Below the pieces are notes generated by a model. It was not told the DNA's origin, did no database searches, and saw only the letters and a program-made list of their open reading frames with translations. 64,000 nucleotides of DNA from Raillietiella orientalis (Eukaryota), in the NCBI GenBank assembly GCA_036172245.1, contig JAYWIR010000008.1:3286001-3350000 (forward strand), in the 5' to 3' direction. The position numbers and the translations under genes are program-made. Shown here one piece after another: positions 24,063 to 35,199 of this stretch. Every line of letters begins with the position of its first letter. Positions within the stretch are counted from its first letter, which is position 1.

Positions 24063-27000
24063 ATGTTTTCCTCCGTCATCGGCAGGATTCTCGGCAGGGG
24101 AAACGCGCGACCCGACGACGTCCTGGAAACGAGGGTCGAAGCCTATACCACGAAGCTGGTCAGGTCACGGAAGGAGTGCCTGTCTTTGTACGAAATGGCT
24201 GAAACGAACTACGAGGTGATCATAAACCACCCTCTGAGCAGGAACATGCACTCGGTGTACAGGTAAGGGGGTGTTTCGGGGTTCGTCCCCGCGTTTCTCC
24301 CCTGGATTTCATAAGCTCCCTCATTCAGCGTGCACCGTTCGCGGGACGTCGGCTCGGCCCTGGCTGCGTTCCGCCTTTTCAAAAGAACCATCCCTGACCT
24401 GTGCACGATCTGGCCGGAAGGCTTTTCGTCTCGCTCAATGGTGAAAAAGGTTTGCGACCTGGTGCGGAAGCATCCTTCGTACACGATCACCCATGTCCTC
24501 GTCTTCTTTGATGCTCTACGGCCTCTGGAGAATGATGTGGCGCGTGAGTAAGTTTCCGCGCTTTGCCTTCCACCTGGGAGCTCGGCGGCTACCCCCTTGC
24601 TGGCCCTCCGTTGGCAGCAGGGCGAACAGAGGGGAACCGAAACTGACCATCTGCCGTAAGAGCACCTATTGGCACCTCCCGAAGCGCTCTGCAAAGCAGG
24701 AAGCAAAACGGGGCCTCCCCATGCTTGCCTTTGCTGTGCTGGGGAGCTGCCCTCCTCTGTCTTTGCCTCGGGGGCGTGCACGGCGCAGGTGTTGCCAGGC
24801 AATTGGTGAATTGTGCTTCTCGTCGCATCACAGTTGGGGAGGACCGGAGCTGCACTGACAGGCGTTTGGCGCTTTTGAAGTGGAATCGTTCCCTGGTGTC
24901 CCGTCGAAGGGAAGACTGGCTCTTCCGTCGTGACTGTGGCACCGTATTGTGGTCTTGTGCAGCGCCAACTGTGTCCGAACCCCTAGATATTTTGTGGAGC
25001 CTTTGTCGGTTGTATCGAAAGCCTCTGGTTTCGTCTTGCAGCTTCCTTGTAGTCGAATAACTCCTCCTCCTGACTCCACTGCTCTTTCGCTTTCGACGTG
25101 CGGGGGATTGCCTATCAGGCCGAAGCCTTGGCGGCGCGCAGAAGAAACTCTTCGGTGGATATGGGTGGGTGAGAGCACCCGGATGTTGTCGGATTCCCGG
25201 TTTGCCTCGGGAAGTTCTTCCCGCGGCTTTCGATGTTTCGTGGTGTGCATCGCGGGAAATGGCGAATTTTTTCTCGAAATCGAATGAAACTGCGCAAAGG
25301 GAATGAGGTCAAATAGGCGAGTGCTAAAAGATGTTGCAAGTAACGACGGCGTTGCACTGGGGTCGGTCGACAGCTTTGCCTTGGACGTTTAGTTTATCTG
25401 CATATTAGTATGAATTGTATGGCAGTACAGTGACCATTTTTCCGTCGTGTTGTAAGAATCGGCATTATACGGCGGTTACTATACATATCAGCTGTGCGCA
25501 CCACAAACAATGGCGTTGGGACTGCAATGCTGCTCGACAGAATCAGCAATAGGCAGCGTGAGCTTTTCACGAACAGCATTCGCGGAAGAGGAAGCAGAGT
25601 TATGAGACCTACTTCTACAGAATGTGGGAGCTGGCGCACCTGGACACGGGCATTTTAATCATGGCCGCGTCCATCGTGAGAGACTGCCTTCTGAACGGCA
25701 TCTTCGAGCGCATCTCTGTAGAAGCATCCCGCCTGTTGCCTACACCAACCTAGAGGAACGGCGGTGAGCCTGCTGTTGCCCGGGAAACTTGCCAAGCACT
25801 CCATTCGGCAAGGTGCGACAGCGGCGACCAAGCAGCACACGAGCTCAAAGTGGACGCCATGCAATTGCTGCTGCCACATCACCTTGCTTGACCAAACAAA
25901 TGGCGTTGGAAAGAGCGAATCAGATCGTCGTCCTCGCAGCCATTCCGTCTTGAGGTGGACACCTTGGTGCCCGGAATGCAGAATGCAGCGCTCCCCATTT
26001 TCTGTGTGAGCAGTATCGAGGAGGACTGGTCCAGAGAGATAGAAGAGCAAGTCCTCCAAAACGCTGCAGTTGCGTCTCCAAGAGGGGATGATCATTTCCT
26101 CTTGCACGTTTGGTATTGTCTTTGCACGGAGGCGTGGTTGTTATATCCTAGTGCTCCTGCCCTGTGACTTCATGAGCAGGTCACCTTTTCAGGTTTTTGA
26201 AATCGAATGAGCGTTCTTTCTGCGGCGTGACGTTTCGAATGCCATTCAAGAACTGCCCGGTGAACTATGGCCCCCTCCGATTAGGACCCCTTCGGTTTTC
26301 ATGTGGGTTCCTAAGGAAACGAGGTCATGCTATGCGAGGTCAACACGGTAATGAGATAACGGATCTGTTGTTGTCAGTTGTCAAGTCGGTCAGATACTGT
26401 AGGTCATTGAGTCCCAATGATGATGTGGCCTATAAATGAGCATGCAAATTTTATCGACGATGATGGATGGGAATAGAGTATTCTCGACAAACAGGATTTT
26501 ATTGGCTTGGTTGAAAGGTTTCAAAATGCCGACGCTATGAGTCGGTAAGAACTCGTCTTAGAGTTCCGTGTTTGTGTTGTGCATACACTTCCACTGTGAA
26601 CTACGAAATGCTGCGGTGTTTCTCTTTAAAATTCGGAATGCAGCGTCCCCACAGGCAATGCAGATCATATTTTTTTGTATTTGTCTCTGTGTGGTTCTTT
26701 ACTCTCATCCTACACGTTCACAGTCCACTGTTCTTTTTTTTTTCATCTTCCACGTGACGTGGATACGTTTTTCAGGTGTACGCGCTTTTCGGTGATGTAC
26801 TCTCGTCATTTTCTGTGCTTCTTTGGCCAGCTTCGCCTCATTTGCGCCCCTATTCATTTTATTTTTCTGGGAGGAGGGGCCATTTATACACCAATTACTA
26901 TCTGAAACCTGCCACCTGCAACTCAGCAACGTGTCCCGCTTCGAAGTATCGTGCTGAAGTTCAGCATGGCGCAGCTCTGAGCTGGCTGCCCTTCCGGAAG

Positions 27001-30000
27001 GCATTTCAACTTCCAAGTGTACGCAGAAACAATGTTCCTACGCCCGTTCATGCCCGTTGTCGATGAAACTCCCCTGTGCATTCTGATTGTCTAGCAAAGT
27101 GTGCGTTCATCCGGCGCAAGATCTTAACAAGATCAACCACAGCGGTGTTCCAGGCGAAAGCGTTTCTGAGCGATCTCTCCGCATTCCCAGGTTCGTCAAC
27201 ACGCCAGACCAAGCGACGGGGGACACTCCTCTTCATCTAGCCGTGAGGATGAACGGTGCAAGGATTGTCTCGAGGTTGATGGCCATGGGCGCCGACGCCA
27301 CTGTAAGCAACCACAGTGATGACAGCGTGTTTCACTGCGCCGCAACGAGCTCCGAAAAAGTCATAAAAGTAAACCCCCCGTCAGCAGTGGGTGCTCTCAT
27401 CTTCAGCTCCTGCCAGATTTTGCATTCGAAGACCAAGGACGCGGATATCCTCACCGTCATCAACTGCAACAACGAGCAAGGTCTCACGCCCCTCCACCTT
27501 GCATGCTCGGCTAACCGACCTGACTGTGTGAAGGCGCTACTGCTTGCCGGAGCCAACATGTACTTCTTGGCCGACCTCGGCCAGCAGGAGTCCCTGGAGC
27601 CTTCTCCGTCCATGATTTCTCTGCTGAACACGCACAAGAAGCATTTGAGTGAAGAAGTGAGTGGCGTTGAGTCGTTGCGCGCGCTGACGGCATGCGCGCA
27701 AGCGCCTCCCTTGGCCAACAGGTCATGCAATACGGAGGTACGGCGCTCCATTGGGCGAAGACCAGGGAGGTCATCTCGATCCTTCTTGAGGAAGGCTGTC
27801 CTGTGGGGGCGAAGAACTTCAAGGGAGAAACTGCCCTTCACATCATGGTGAGCCTTGCGCGGGACTAGCGGGCCCCGCTCGACGCCCGCGCCGTTCCTCT
27901 TCGGCGGTTGGTGTCGGTCTTCGGCAGGTCAGGAACTCGAGGCTCCCCTGCGTCATAGAGCTCTTGTGCAGCGGAGCTGACCCCAACGCGCAGGACAAAG
28001 AGGGCAACACCGCCCTGCACCTCGCGTCCCAGCAGGAAAACAGCTATGTGCTGCAGATCCTTGTGTGCTTCGACGGTGATCTGGCCGCAGTCAACCGGAA
28101 GGGGGAGACGCCGCGTCACTTGGCGGCCACGACGCCGGGGAGCGAATCCCTGCTGTTCGTGCTGGATTCGTGCGAGGCTCCGAGGTGCTCCGCCTCCACT
28201 TCCTGCTGCAGCGACGGGTGCTCTGCCGGTGGCTCGTTCTCGGGGACGTACCGCAGCAGCCAGGAACCTCCCAGGAGGAGCCGCAATTACCTGGACCAGT
28301 TTCTCCGGAACAAAGAGATGCAGAGCATCCTCGATCAGCTCGAGCGGGCGTGGTCTCCGGAGCGCGAGAGGTGCAGGGTCCTCTGCCTGGACGGCGGAGG
28401 GATACGTGGTTTGGTCCTGATCCAGATGCTGATGTTGATGGAAAGGTCGTTGGGTTCGCCTATCTGCGACCTGTTCGACTGGATCTCGGGAACGAGCACC
28501 GGAGGAATACTCACCCTTGCTATGGCCCTAGGTAACCTCGAGAAGCCGCCCCTCTTCCCCACCCACGCACATTCATTCCAGGGAAATCCCCCATGGAATG
28601 CCAGCGCATGTACTTGAAGCTCAAGGACAAGGTCTTTTCGGGCTCCCGCCCGTACACGGACGAGAACCTGAAAAAGTTCCTCATTGATGCCCTGGGAGCC
28701 TCCACGACCATGTCCCAAATCCCTTGCCCGCCAAGGTGAATCCAAATCTCTACACCATCTTAATCCCCCTGCGCGCGCAGCAACGAGAGAATGTCAGGGG
28801 GGTGCCTTTCCGACCTCCTTTATCGCGGATCTGCTTGTCACTTCTATCTTCCCCTCACAGAACTTCCGTCGAGTTAGCTGCTGTCGGAGAAAGGCTCTTT
28901 TACCGATCAGGAGCAATAGATGGTCGCGGCGCTCTCGAAGGCTGTTCTGAGGACGCGGGGAGGTTTCGTGTCGGCAACGGATTGCTGTTGCGCTGCTATC
29001 GTGGACCTCTCCCCTTTGTCTTCCGAAGGACCAGGATTCTGCTGCTTCAGGTTCGAGTTGATGCGCGCGTCTCTTCCTGCTTCCTGAGGAGGGAGGAGGG
29101 AAAAACCTTGGGACTTGGGGAATATCCTGATGTTCTGGTCGCGTGCTCTAGGCGCTGTAGGTGAAGTTCCACCTCCCTCCAGAGGTGCAGGTCAGTGGTA
29201 GCCCTTTTCGCTAAACAGTGGTGCGCACCAGAGGGGATTTCGTCGCTAACCGGTTTCATCCCATGCTCCCCTCACTTGCGCGGGGGAAAGCGCCAGCCGA
29301 GCCGATTGATTCACTTCCGGAATCTTCGGCCACGTGGCCACTCGCGTCAGCGTTTCTGGTTTCCTGGGTCCCTTGACTCCTGTTGCCGTCTGAGCTGGAG
29401 CCGAAGACAAAGCTTCCTCGACTGGGAAAGCCTTCACAGTTTGGAACCCAGGTCCAGGGACTCGACGGCTTCAGATGCTCTGTACGCAAATCTCTCCTTG
29501 TTACCGCCGTTCCCCTTCTCCCCGGCACTGCAGGTTTGTGCCAAGAGGCGCTCGCTGCCTTTGCGTGGTTGTTGGTGACAGCTCCGGTGTTTACGCAGCG
29601 CAACGGAGTCATATCCTGTTGAGGATCCGATTTTTCCCCGCAATCATGGTCCCCTTGGAACATTCGGGAGTCTTGTTCGTCTGCTGTCTCCGTCCGAGAT
29701 TAAAAAGCTGTTTGGCGGCGGTACCGGAAATGCCTTTTCGCTTTCCGTTCCTCCACGATTGCATTACCCCCCCGAAGCGGGCAATTGGAAAAATTGGAGA
29801 TGTCCGACAGCTACGCGCAACAACCAGGAAGCGAGGGGGCGCTGGCCCTGAGATTCGAAGCTCCTTGGAGAGCACCATGGTAACGTGGAAGGAGTGGTCC
29901 TGGGCACGTAATGCCCGCACGCAATGTCCATGTCCTGCTGCCAGTCTGATGTGTGTGCTTTCAGAGTTATAATAACTTCTTCTTGCTGCGATCGAAACCC

Positions 30001-33000
30001 CGCAGAACTTCACCTCTTCCGCAACTATGAATCTGCTACCGGAATGATATGGACCGAAGAGGGCGACATCACGGAGTGGGATGAACAGCTGGTTTGGGAA
30101 GCGGCAAGAGCAACGTCGGCAGCACCTACGTACTTCCGGTAATCGCGTGACTACGTGCTCCTAGCTCGACTGGTCTGGTCCTTTCCTTCCTTTCCTTTGC
30201 CGCAGAAACGCTTGCGGAAGCCTTGGGACTCACAGCGATATCAAGACCATCGCGGTCAAAGGACACCATGTGCGAAGTCGGATCAGTTTTCCAAAGATAC
30301 CCCTCCCGGTGCAGCGAATGGGGATTTTTCTCAGGGATTCACTGCGCGGGTGTTTTTGTCGTGAGCGAATGTATCCCTGTGCCGCAAGGAAATGAGTTCG
30401 TACGTGTGCGTGCGATGCATGGGATTGCAGCATCGTCTCACCTCCGGCTACTCTGGGGTTGCATGCGAATAAACCACGCGCGAGTCCAATGCAAGTAGTG
30501 TGCACGGTTCATCGTGCCATCACCGCGGCAGCACCACACAGCGACGGCTTATCTTCGATCTGTCTGTTCGTAAACAGAGGAAAGGCCGAAAACTTTGTTC
30601 CCCTTGCGTTGGTTTTTTCCTGCTTTGCCAGGATGGTCTCGAAGCGACGATGAACATCTGCAGCTCTTGCTGGGGACTCGCAGTGGGCAACCTCCCCCAA
30701 TAACTACTGTTTATCGGTGTCTTTGTCTTTATCCCATGCTCTCCTGGGTCGTCCGGAAACCATGACAGCGGTGTACTTTTCTTTCTCTATCGAAGTTTCC
30801 TCCCAGCTGGGATGTAGATTTTGTATCACGCAAAGCAGTTCATGTCGATGCGGAAATGCTGTGGTTTTTCGGAGCAGCTGCGGCCACAGCACGCTGGTCG
30901 TGGCTGTTCCGAAATCGGGACGCCTACCAACCAAGGGGAGATGGGACACCCCAACGCCGTGTGGTAAAGAGGACGACACACGATGGTTACCGTTTCTCCG
31001 TCATGTCCGCAAAAGCTGCCCACGCCCCTCACTTCTTGGGAGCATTCCCGTTTGAAAAGAGGGAACGCAGTGGGCGAGATATCACGAATTGTAAGGAACC
31101 TACGGAAATCTCGCGAGGGACACCGTCTCATTCCCGAATACCGCAAAGGGGGAAATTTTCACCGCAGTAGGAAAGGGGGAAACTGCATTATTTAAAGCAC
31201 CCGTGGACGTCGGCAACTTTTGAGCACGGGAAGAGGGGAAGTAGCTTTTCAGGCGTGCTCAGCCGAGTTGATGTGGACCTTGGTAGCCAGTCATCCAGTT
31301 TTTGTCTTTCGTTCGCAACGCATCCTCCTTTCCGCGCGCAACCAAACAGTTCAGGAAAAATGCGTCAGCCTAGAGGGAATTCAGACCCACCCAGTTTCTT
31401 TCCTTGGACCTCGTGTTCTCTCGATGGCCTTCTTGCTCCAGCGGAGGTCATCGTGCGTTGCATGCGAATCGAAGTTTCCGTAACCGTCGTCCTCTCAAGC
31501 ATTTTCATGTGGACCGAAGAGACACCGACTGATGCCTCCTCCGGTCACTAAAGCATCAAAGCCGCGGTTAGCATCACAGCACTCGTTTCTCAGGCGGAAA
31601 TTTTCAGTTTTATGCTCACCTTGCTCGTGACCGGAAAGTTTCCGTTGAGCAGCGCTCATGGCAACCAGGTTCCAATCGATCTTCTTGAGATCCTCCGGCC
31701 TTCACCACTTCAGCTCTACCTTGAAGAGAAATGAAGCGTTTTTCATTTTCATTCTGCTATCTTATTACCTCCTTGATCTTTTCCTTCGTCATAATTATCG
31801 CAGCCTATCTGTCATTGAACTTTAATGATGTCATCTCCTTCCGAGTGCGAATCCGATCCAAAGCCGAAAAATTCATCCGCTTAAATAAGGAACAAAGTTT
31901 TCCGTTCTTAAGATAAATACGTGTGCCATTACTACTTAGCCAGCTGTGTTATTCTTTAGACATGATAGGAAAATTCATCCTTACCTATCTTAAAAATGAA
32001 GTCAGGGATGGACTGACAGTTGAAAATCATATGCTTATATGTTCTTGTTGTGTAAATTTACATTAATATTTCATTCGAATCTGCTAAAAACAATCAATGT
32101 ATATTTATGCTAGGTAGATATATTTGATTATTACATTCGATCAGTATTGGATCAAACTTTATATTGCACGTGCTGTCAATATAAGGTTTATAATAATGCC
32201 TTTGGGAAATATTCAAAATGGGCTTTAATTTGGGGGTGCAACAAATTAGAACATGAATTATCCCAAGAATATCCTGCATCCGATTGGCCAAAACAGTATC
32301 CTGTAATGCAGTGACAGCACGTAAATGATAACGCGAAACTAATGCAGCTTCCTTACTTTCCCACCGCAGCGAAAATTTCCCTTTTTGCGGCAGCTTTCGG
32401 GAATAAGACGGCGTCCCTCCCGAGATTTCCCCACGTTCCTTCCAACCCGCGATGGAGACATCTCGGCCACTGCGTTCCCCATTTTCAGAAGGGAATGCTG
32501 CCGCCGGCCGCTCGAATAACTCTCGTGCGATTCAGTTCTCTTTGTGCTTCAGAGCAAAGAAAAGCCACGCCTTCCATTCCCTTTTAAAAATAAAGGAAAA
32601 GCATCTGCATGAAGAGCAGTTAATGTGTACAACCATTGCTCACAGCTAAGAATTATTTTCAGCGCTTTTGGCCGCTATCTGGATGGAGGTCTGATGTCCA
32701 ACAACCCAACTTTGGACACCCTCACTGAAATATACGAATACAATGCAGTTTTGGAGAGCATCTCCGCTAAAGGTACTCCAGTCGTCGACCCGACCGTCGT
32801 CGTGTCGCTTGGAACCGGGATGTTCCCAGCGACAAAGGTAAATACAGCAAGGTGGTGTAACGTCTGGAAAGAAGCATCTTGGTGTGCAGAACACCCAGAT
32901 CGATGTTTTTCGACCCTCCAGTCTTTGGCAGACTGCAAAGGCAATTTCGGCCATGTGGTCCTTTGTGCTGTTCCTAGTCGACCAAACTTCTCAGACAGAT

Positions 33001-33222
33001 TTTCGGGTGGTGGACCGATGCCGAGCCTGGTGCAGCACGTTGAAAGTGCCCTTCTTCCGCTTCAATCCTACTCTCTACCAAGAGGTGGCTCTGAACGAAA
33101 CGAAAGATGAGACCATATGCGAGATGCTCTGGACAGCCAGAGCGTACATGATCCAGAAGAAAGAGGATGTCAGTCTCCTTCTGCGGCTGCTGGCTGGACA
33201 CAACGGCGAAAGCAATAAATAG
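24063..33222 (+). CDS. PLA2G6: 85/88 kDa calcium-independent phospholipase A2 (iPLA2-VIA/PLA2G6), ankyrin repeats + patatin domain, 800 aa. Exons 24063-24262, 24329-24547, 27191-27368, 27417-27656, 27722-27847, 27928-28531, 28582-28735, 29965-30138, 32663-32837, 32890-33222
   Basis: Ten GT-AG exons, all phase-consistent (2403 nt). Ankyrin motifs [41 protein letters not shown]. Patatin motifs [39 protein letters not shown] are all intact. Confidence 0.96.
25419..25549 (+). pseudogene. Decayed histone H2A-like segment with internal deletions; C-terminal part absent
   Basis: Ordered motifs across frames: HFSV (cf. QFPV), KNRHY (cf. RKGNY), YISAV at 25482 (cf. YLAAV), CNAARQNQQ at 25523 (cf. GNAARDNKK). 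Confidence 0.55.
25583..25853 (+). pseudogene. Decayed histone H2B-like segment (histone fold to C-terminus), frameshifted
   Basis: [51 protein letters not shown], then a frameshift/deletion, then [31 protein letters not shown]. Canonical H2B is [50 protein letters not shown]...[30 protein letters not shown]. No in-frame ATG (TGA at 25559). Confidence 0.92.
25896..26167 (+). pseudogene. Decayed histone H3-like segment lacking the N-terminal tail
   Basis: TNGVGK..RRP..VLR (cf. TGGVKK..YRP..ALR); PWCPE and NAALPI differ from RRYQK and STELLI by single-base codon changes; LV-REI; LQNAAVA-LQEG (cf. FQSSAVMALQEA); LC; PSAPAL (cf. PKDIQL). Several small indels. Confidence 0.7.
26218..26439 (+). 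pseudogene. Decayed histone H4-like segment lacking the N-terminal tail
   Basis: GVT..AIQEL (cf. GITKPAIRRL). After removing a 15-nt tandem duplication (26269-26283/26284-26298), G..RFSC.F.KETR falls in register with GVKRISGLIYEETR. Then [15 protein letters not shown] (cf. VIRDAVTYTEHAKRKTV) and DDVAY (cf. MDVVY). Confidence 0.6.
31041..32499. mobile_element. Element with ~150 bp terminal inverted repeats (31041-31190 / 32340-32499) in PLA2G6 intron 8; interior carries a decayed spliced gene remnant on the - strand
   Basis: The left arm AGCATTCCC.TTTGAAAA..GGGAACGCAGTGG.CGAGAT...CTGCATTA is the reverse complement of the right arm. The AT-rich interior has minus-strand GT-AG introns. No TSD found. 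Confidence 0.65.
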
Positions 33223-33329
33223 ATAAACTGTAAAGAGATCGATTTGCGATGGTGCGGCCTGTGATTTAACAAGGAAAACTTTCCAGGTGTCGAGCACTCG
33301 CAGTGGACGTCCGTGCGGCATGTCGGTGC

Positions 33330-34800
33330 GGCGGGGCATTCGGCAGGGTGCCAGCCTGAGCCACCCTCACGAATGAAGAGTTGCAGAGCAAGCACTCTTC
33401 AGCGCCTACTTCGAGTTGATGCTGAGGGCGTACAGGGAGACTCCGTCCACCCTGCCGAGCTCGTGTCTCCTCACGCCTGCCTTGTCGGTTTATGCCGACG
33501 GCTTTCCTATCCTGCCCCTTGCGTCTGCCCCAGTGACAACGCTCGAAGAATTCTTCGAGCTAATCCGTCGCAGTGCCGGCATGGTATGCTGGTCAACAGG
33601 ACGAAATCGTCCGTATGTGCAGTCGATATGTGCGTGGACAGAGCAGCTGGGCTGGATTCGCTTAGGGATCCCCGCCGTTTCTTTACTTAAAGTATCTCGG
33701 CTTACCGTTGGGAGATTTCTTCCTGCTGGAAGCGTGGTCCAGCTGTCTTGGACAGCCTTCTATCTTTGACAGAAGGCTGAGTCGGCTCTCCGTTCGCCCC
33801 AGAATGGCAGGTTTGTCCTGCCGGAACTGGACGTCCTTTGGAACACTTTTGTGGCCCTATTCCCCGACCCTTACTTCTTGTCTCCCCCCTTCCAGTAGTG
33901 TAAAGAAGCGGATTGCGAAAATCTTTCTGGGATACGCAGGGGTCCAGATCCGCTCAAAAGACTTGTGCGATCCGCGTCGGGAAGGCGGACTCGGCGTCCT
34001 GACTCCAGAAGGGATGGAGCGTCGACTCCACTTCCGAAGAACAGTCCTGACGGCGAAGTTTCGGAACACCCGTTGGTGCTTGCCTTTTCGGATCCTGGTG
34101 AAGCGAGCAGCCGACTCGGAGGGACTCCCTTCGTTCCTCGTTTGCAGCCACCGAAGACTGCCGCGATGTGGCTAACAGCTTCGGCGGATGGTTGTCTTGG
34201 CTCAGGACCACACTTGGATCTCCTGCTCTCCGACGAACTGTGGCTCCTGGAAGTAGGAAACAGCTCACAAGTGGACAAAAATCAGAGACTCGAGCCTGGG
34301 AGGGATGCAACGTCTGCAGCACTCCAGACACGCTCGCTGCTTGCTGAAGGAGATGATGGACTGCCCGAGGAAGACGCTGTAAGCCCAGCAGACCCCTCTT
34401 GCTGCGATGCTGTCGCCCCTACAGGATAGCCAGGACAGCCATCAGCCCGCAAGATGGGAAATAAACTTCGAGATCGCAGGAAAAAAGAAGCTACTGGGAT
34501 GCTAAACGGCGCGTCAGCTGACTGATTCTTCTCTGAAGTCGCGGGCACAGGAGCGTTGGCGCTCCCAGCTCGTGCCGTTGATTTTCGCCCGCGTCCGAAC
34601 TGTTTCATGTTTCCAGGCACTACAGTTGCTGGGAGAACAAGAGATCCATTCTTGATTTTGCGCCAAGGCAATCATCTGCCGACGCTGGTACCCGCATCGG
34701 GGCGGTCTTCGGTAGATGCAAATCAGGAAGGACGCGTATTTTCATCCGGACAGGCAGGAGCAGTTATTGTAGAAAAAAAAAATCAAATTTCAACAACGAG
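33330..34800 (+). mobile_element. Decayed L1/Tx1-clade non-LTR retrotransposon ORF2 (RT core to C-terminal region)
   Basis: Ordered RT motifs across frames: GIRQGASLS (~33335; cf. GVRQGCPLS), VYADG (cf. YADD), GMLVNRTKS, RLGIP, IFLGYAGVQIRSKDLCDPRREGGLGV (cf. FLW...L..P.EEGGLG). Confidence 0.8.
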
Positions 34801-35199
34801 GCACTCATGAAGGTGCAGTACAAGGCCACCACTTCCTCATGTTCAGGAGGGGTACTCTGCTCGGAGCAGCCGCCGGAAGAGGTCCCGCTCGGGGAAATTA
34901 GGGGGAAGGGAAATACACAAAAAAAATCAATAAATATTAATCAAAAAAAAGAATAGCATGTTTAGGGAGGGGGAGGGGAAGGGATCTCAAATGGCTCCCT
35001 GGTGGTTTCTGCATGCTCGCAAGGAAGCCGGCAAGCTCGTCCTAGTAGTGTCTTAGGTCCGGCCATCTCACCGCGATCCTTAGGAAGGATAAGACGGTGG
35101 ACATGGCTTCTCTGCTATTCCGGCCTCTCTGTGTTCGGCCTCCTTATCTTTTCGAAACTTTTTTCTTATGACCTTTGTACAGGGATGCTTTTGTTCATC

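Noticed and set aside
25583..25853. Functional nested histone H2B variant gene
   Set aside because: No in-frame start, an internal frameshift/stop and a deletion of the STITSREIQ segment; a pseudogene in this copy.
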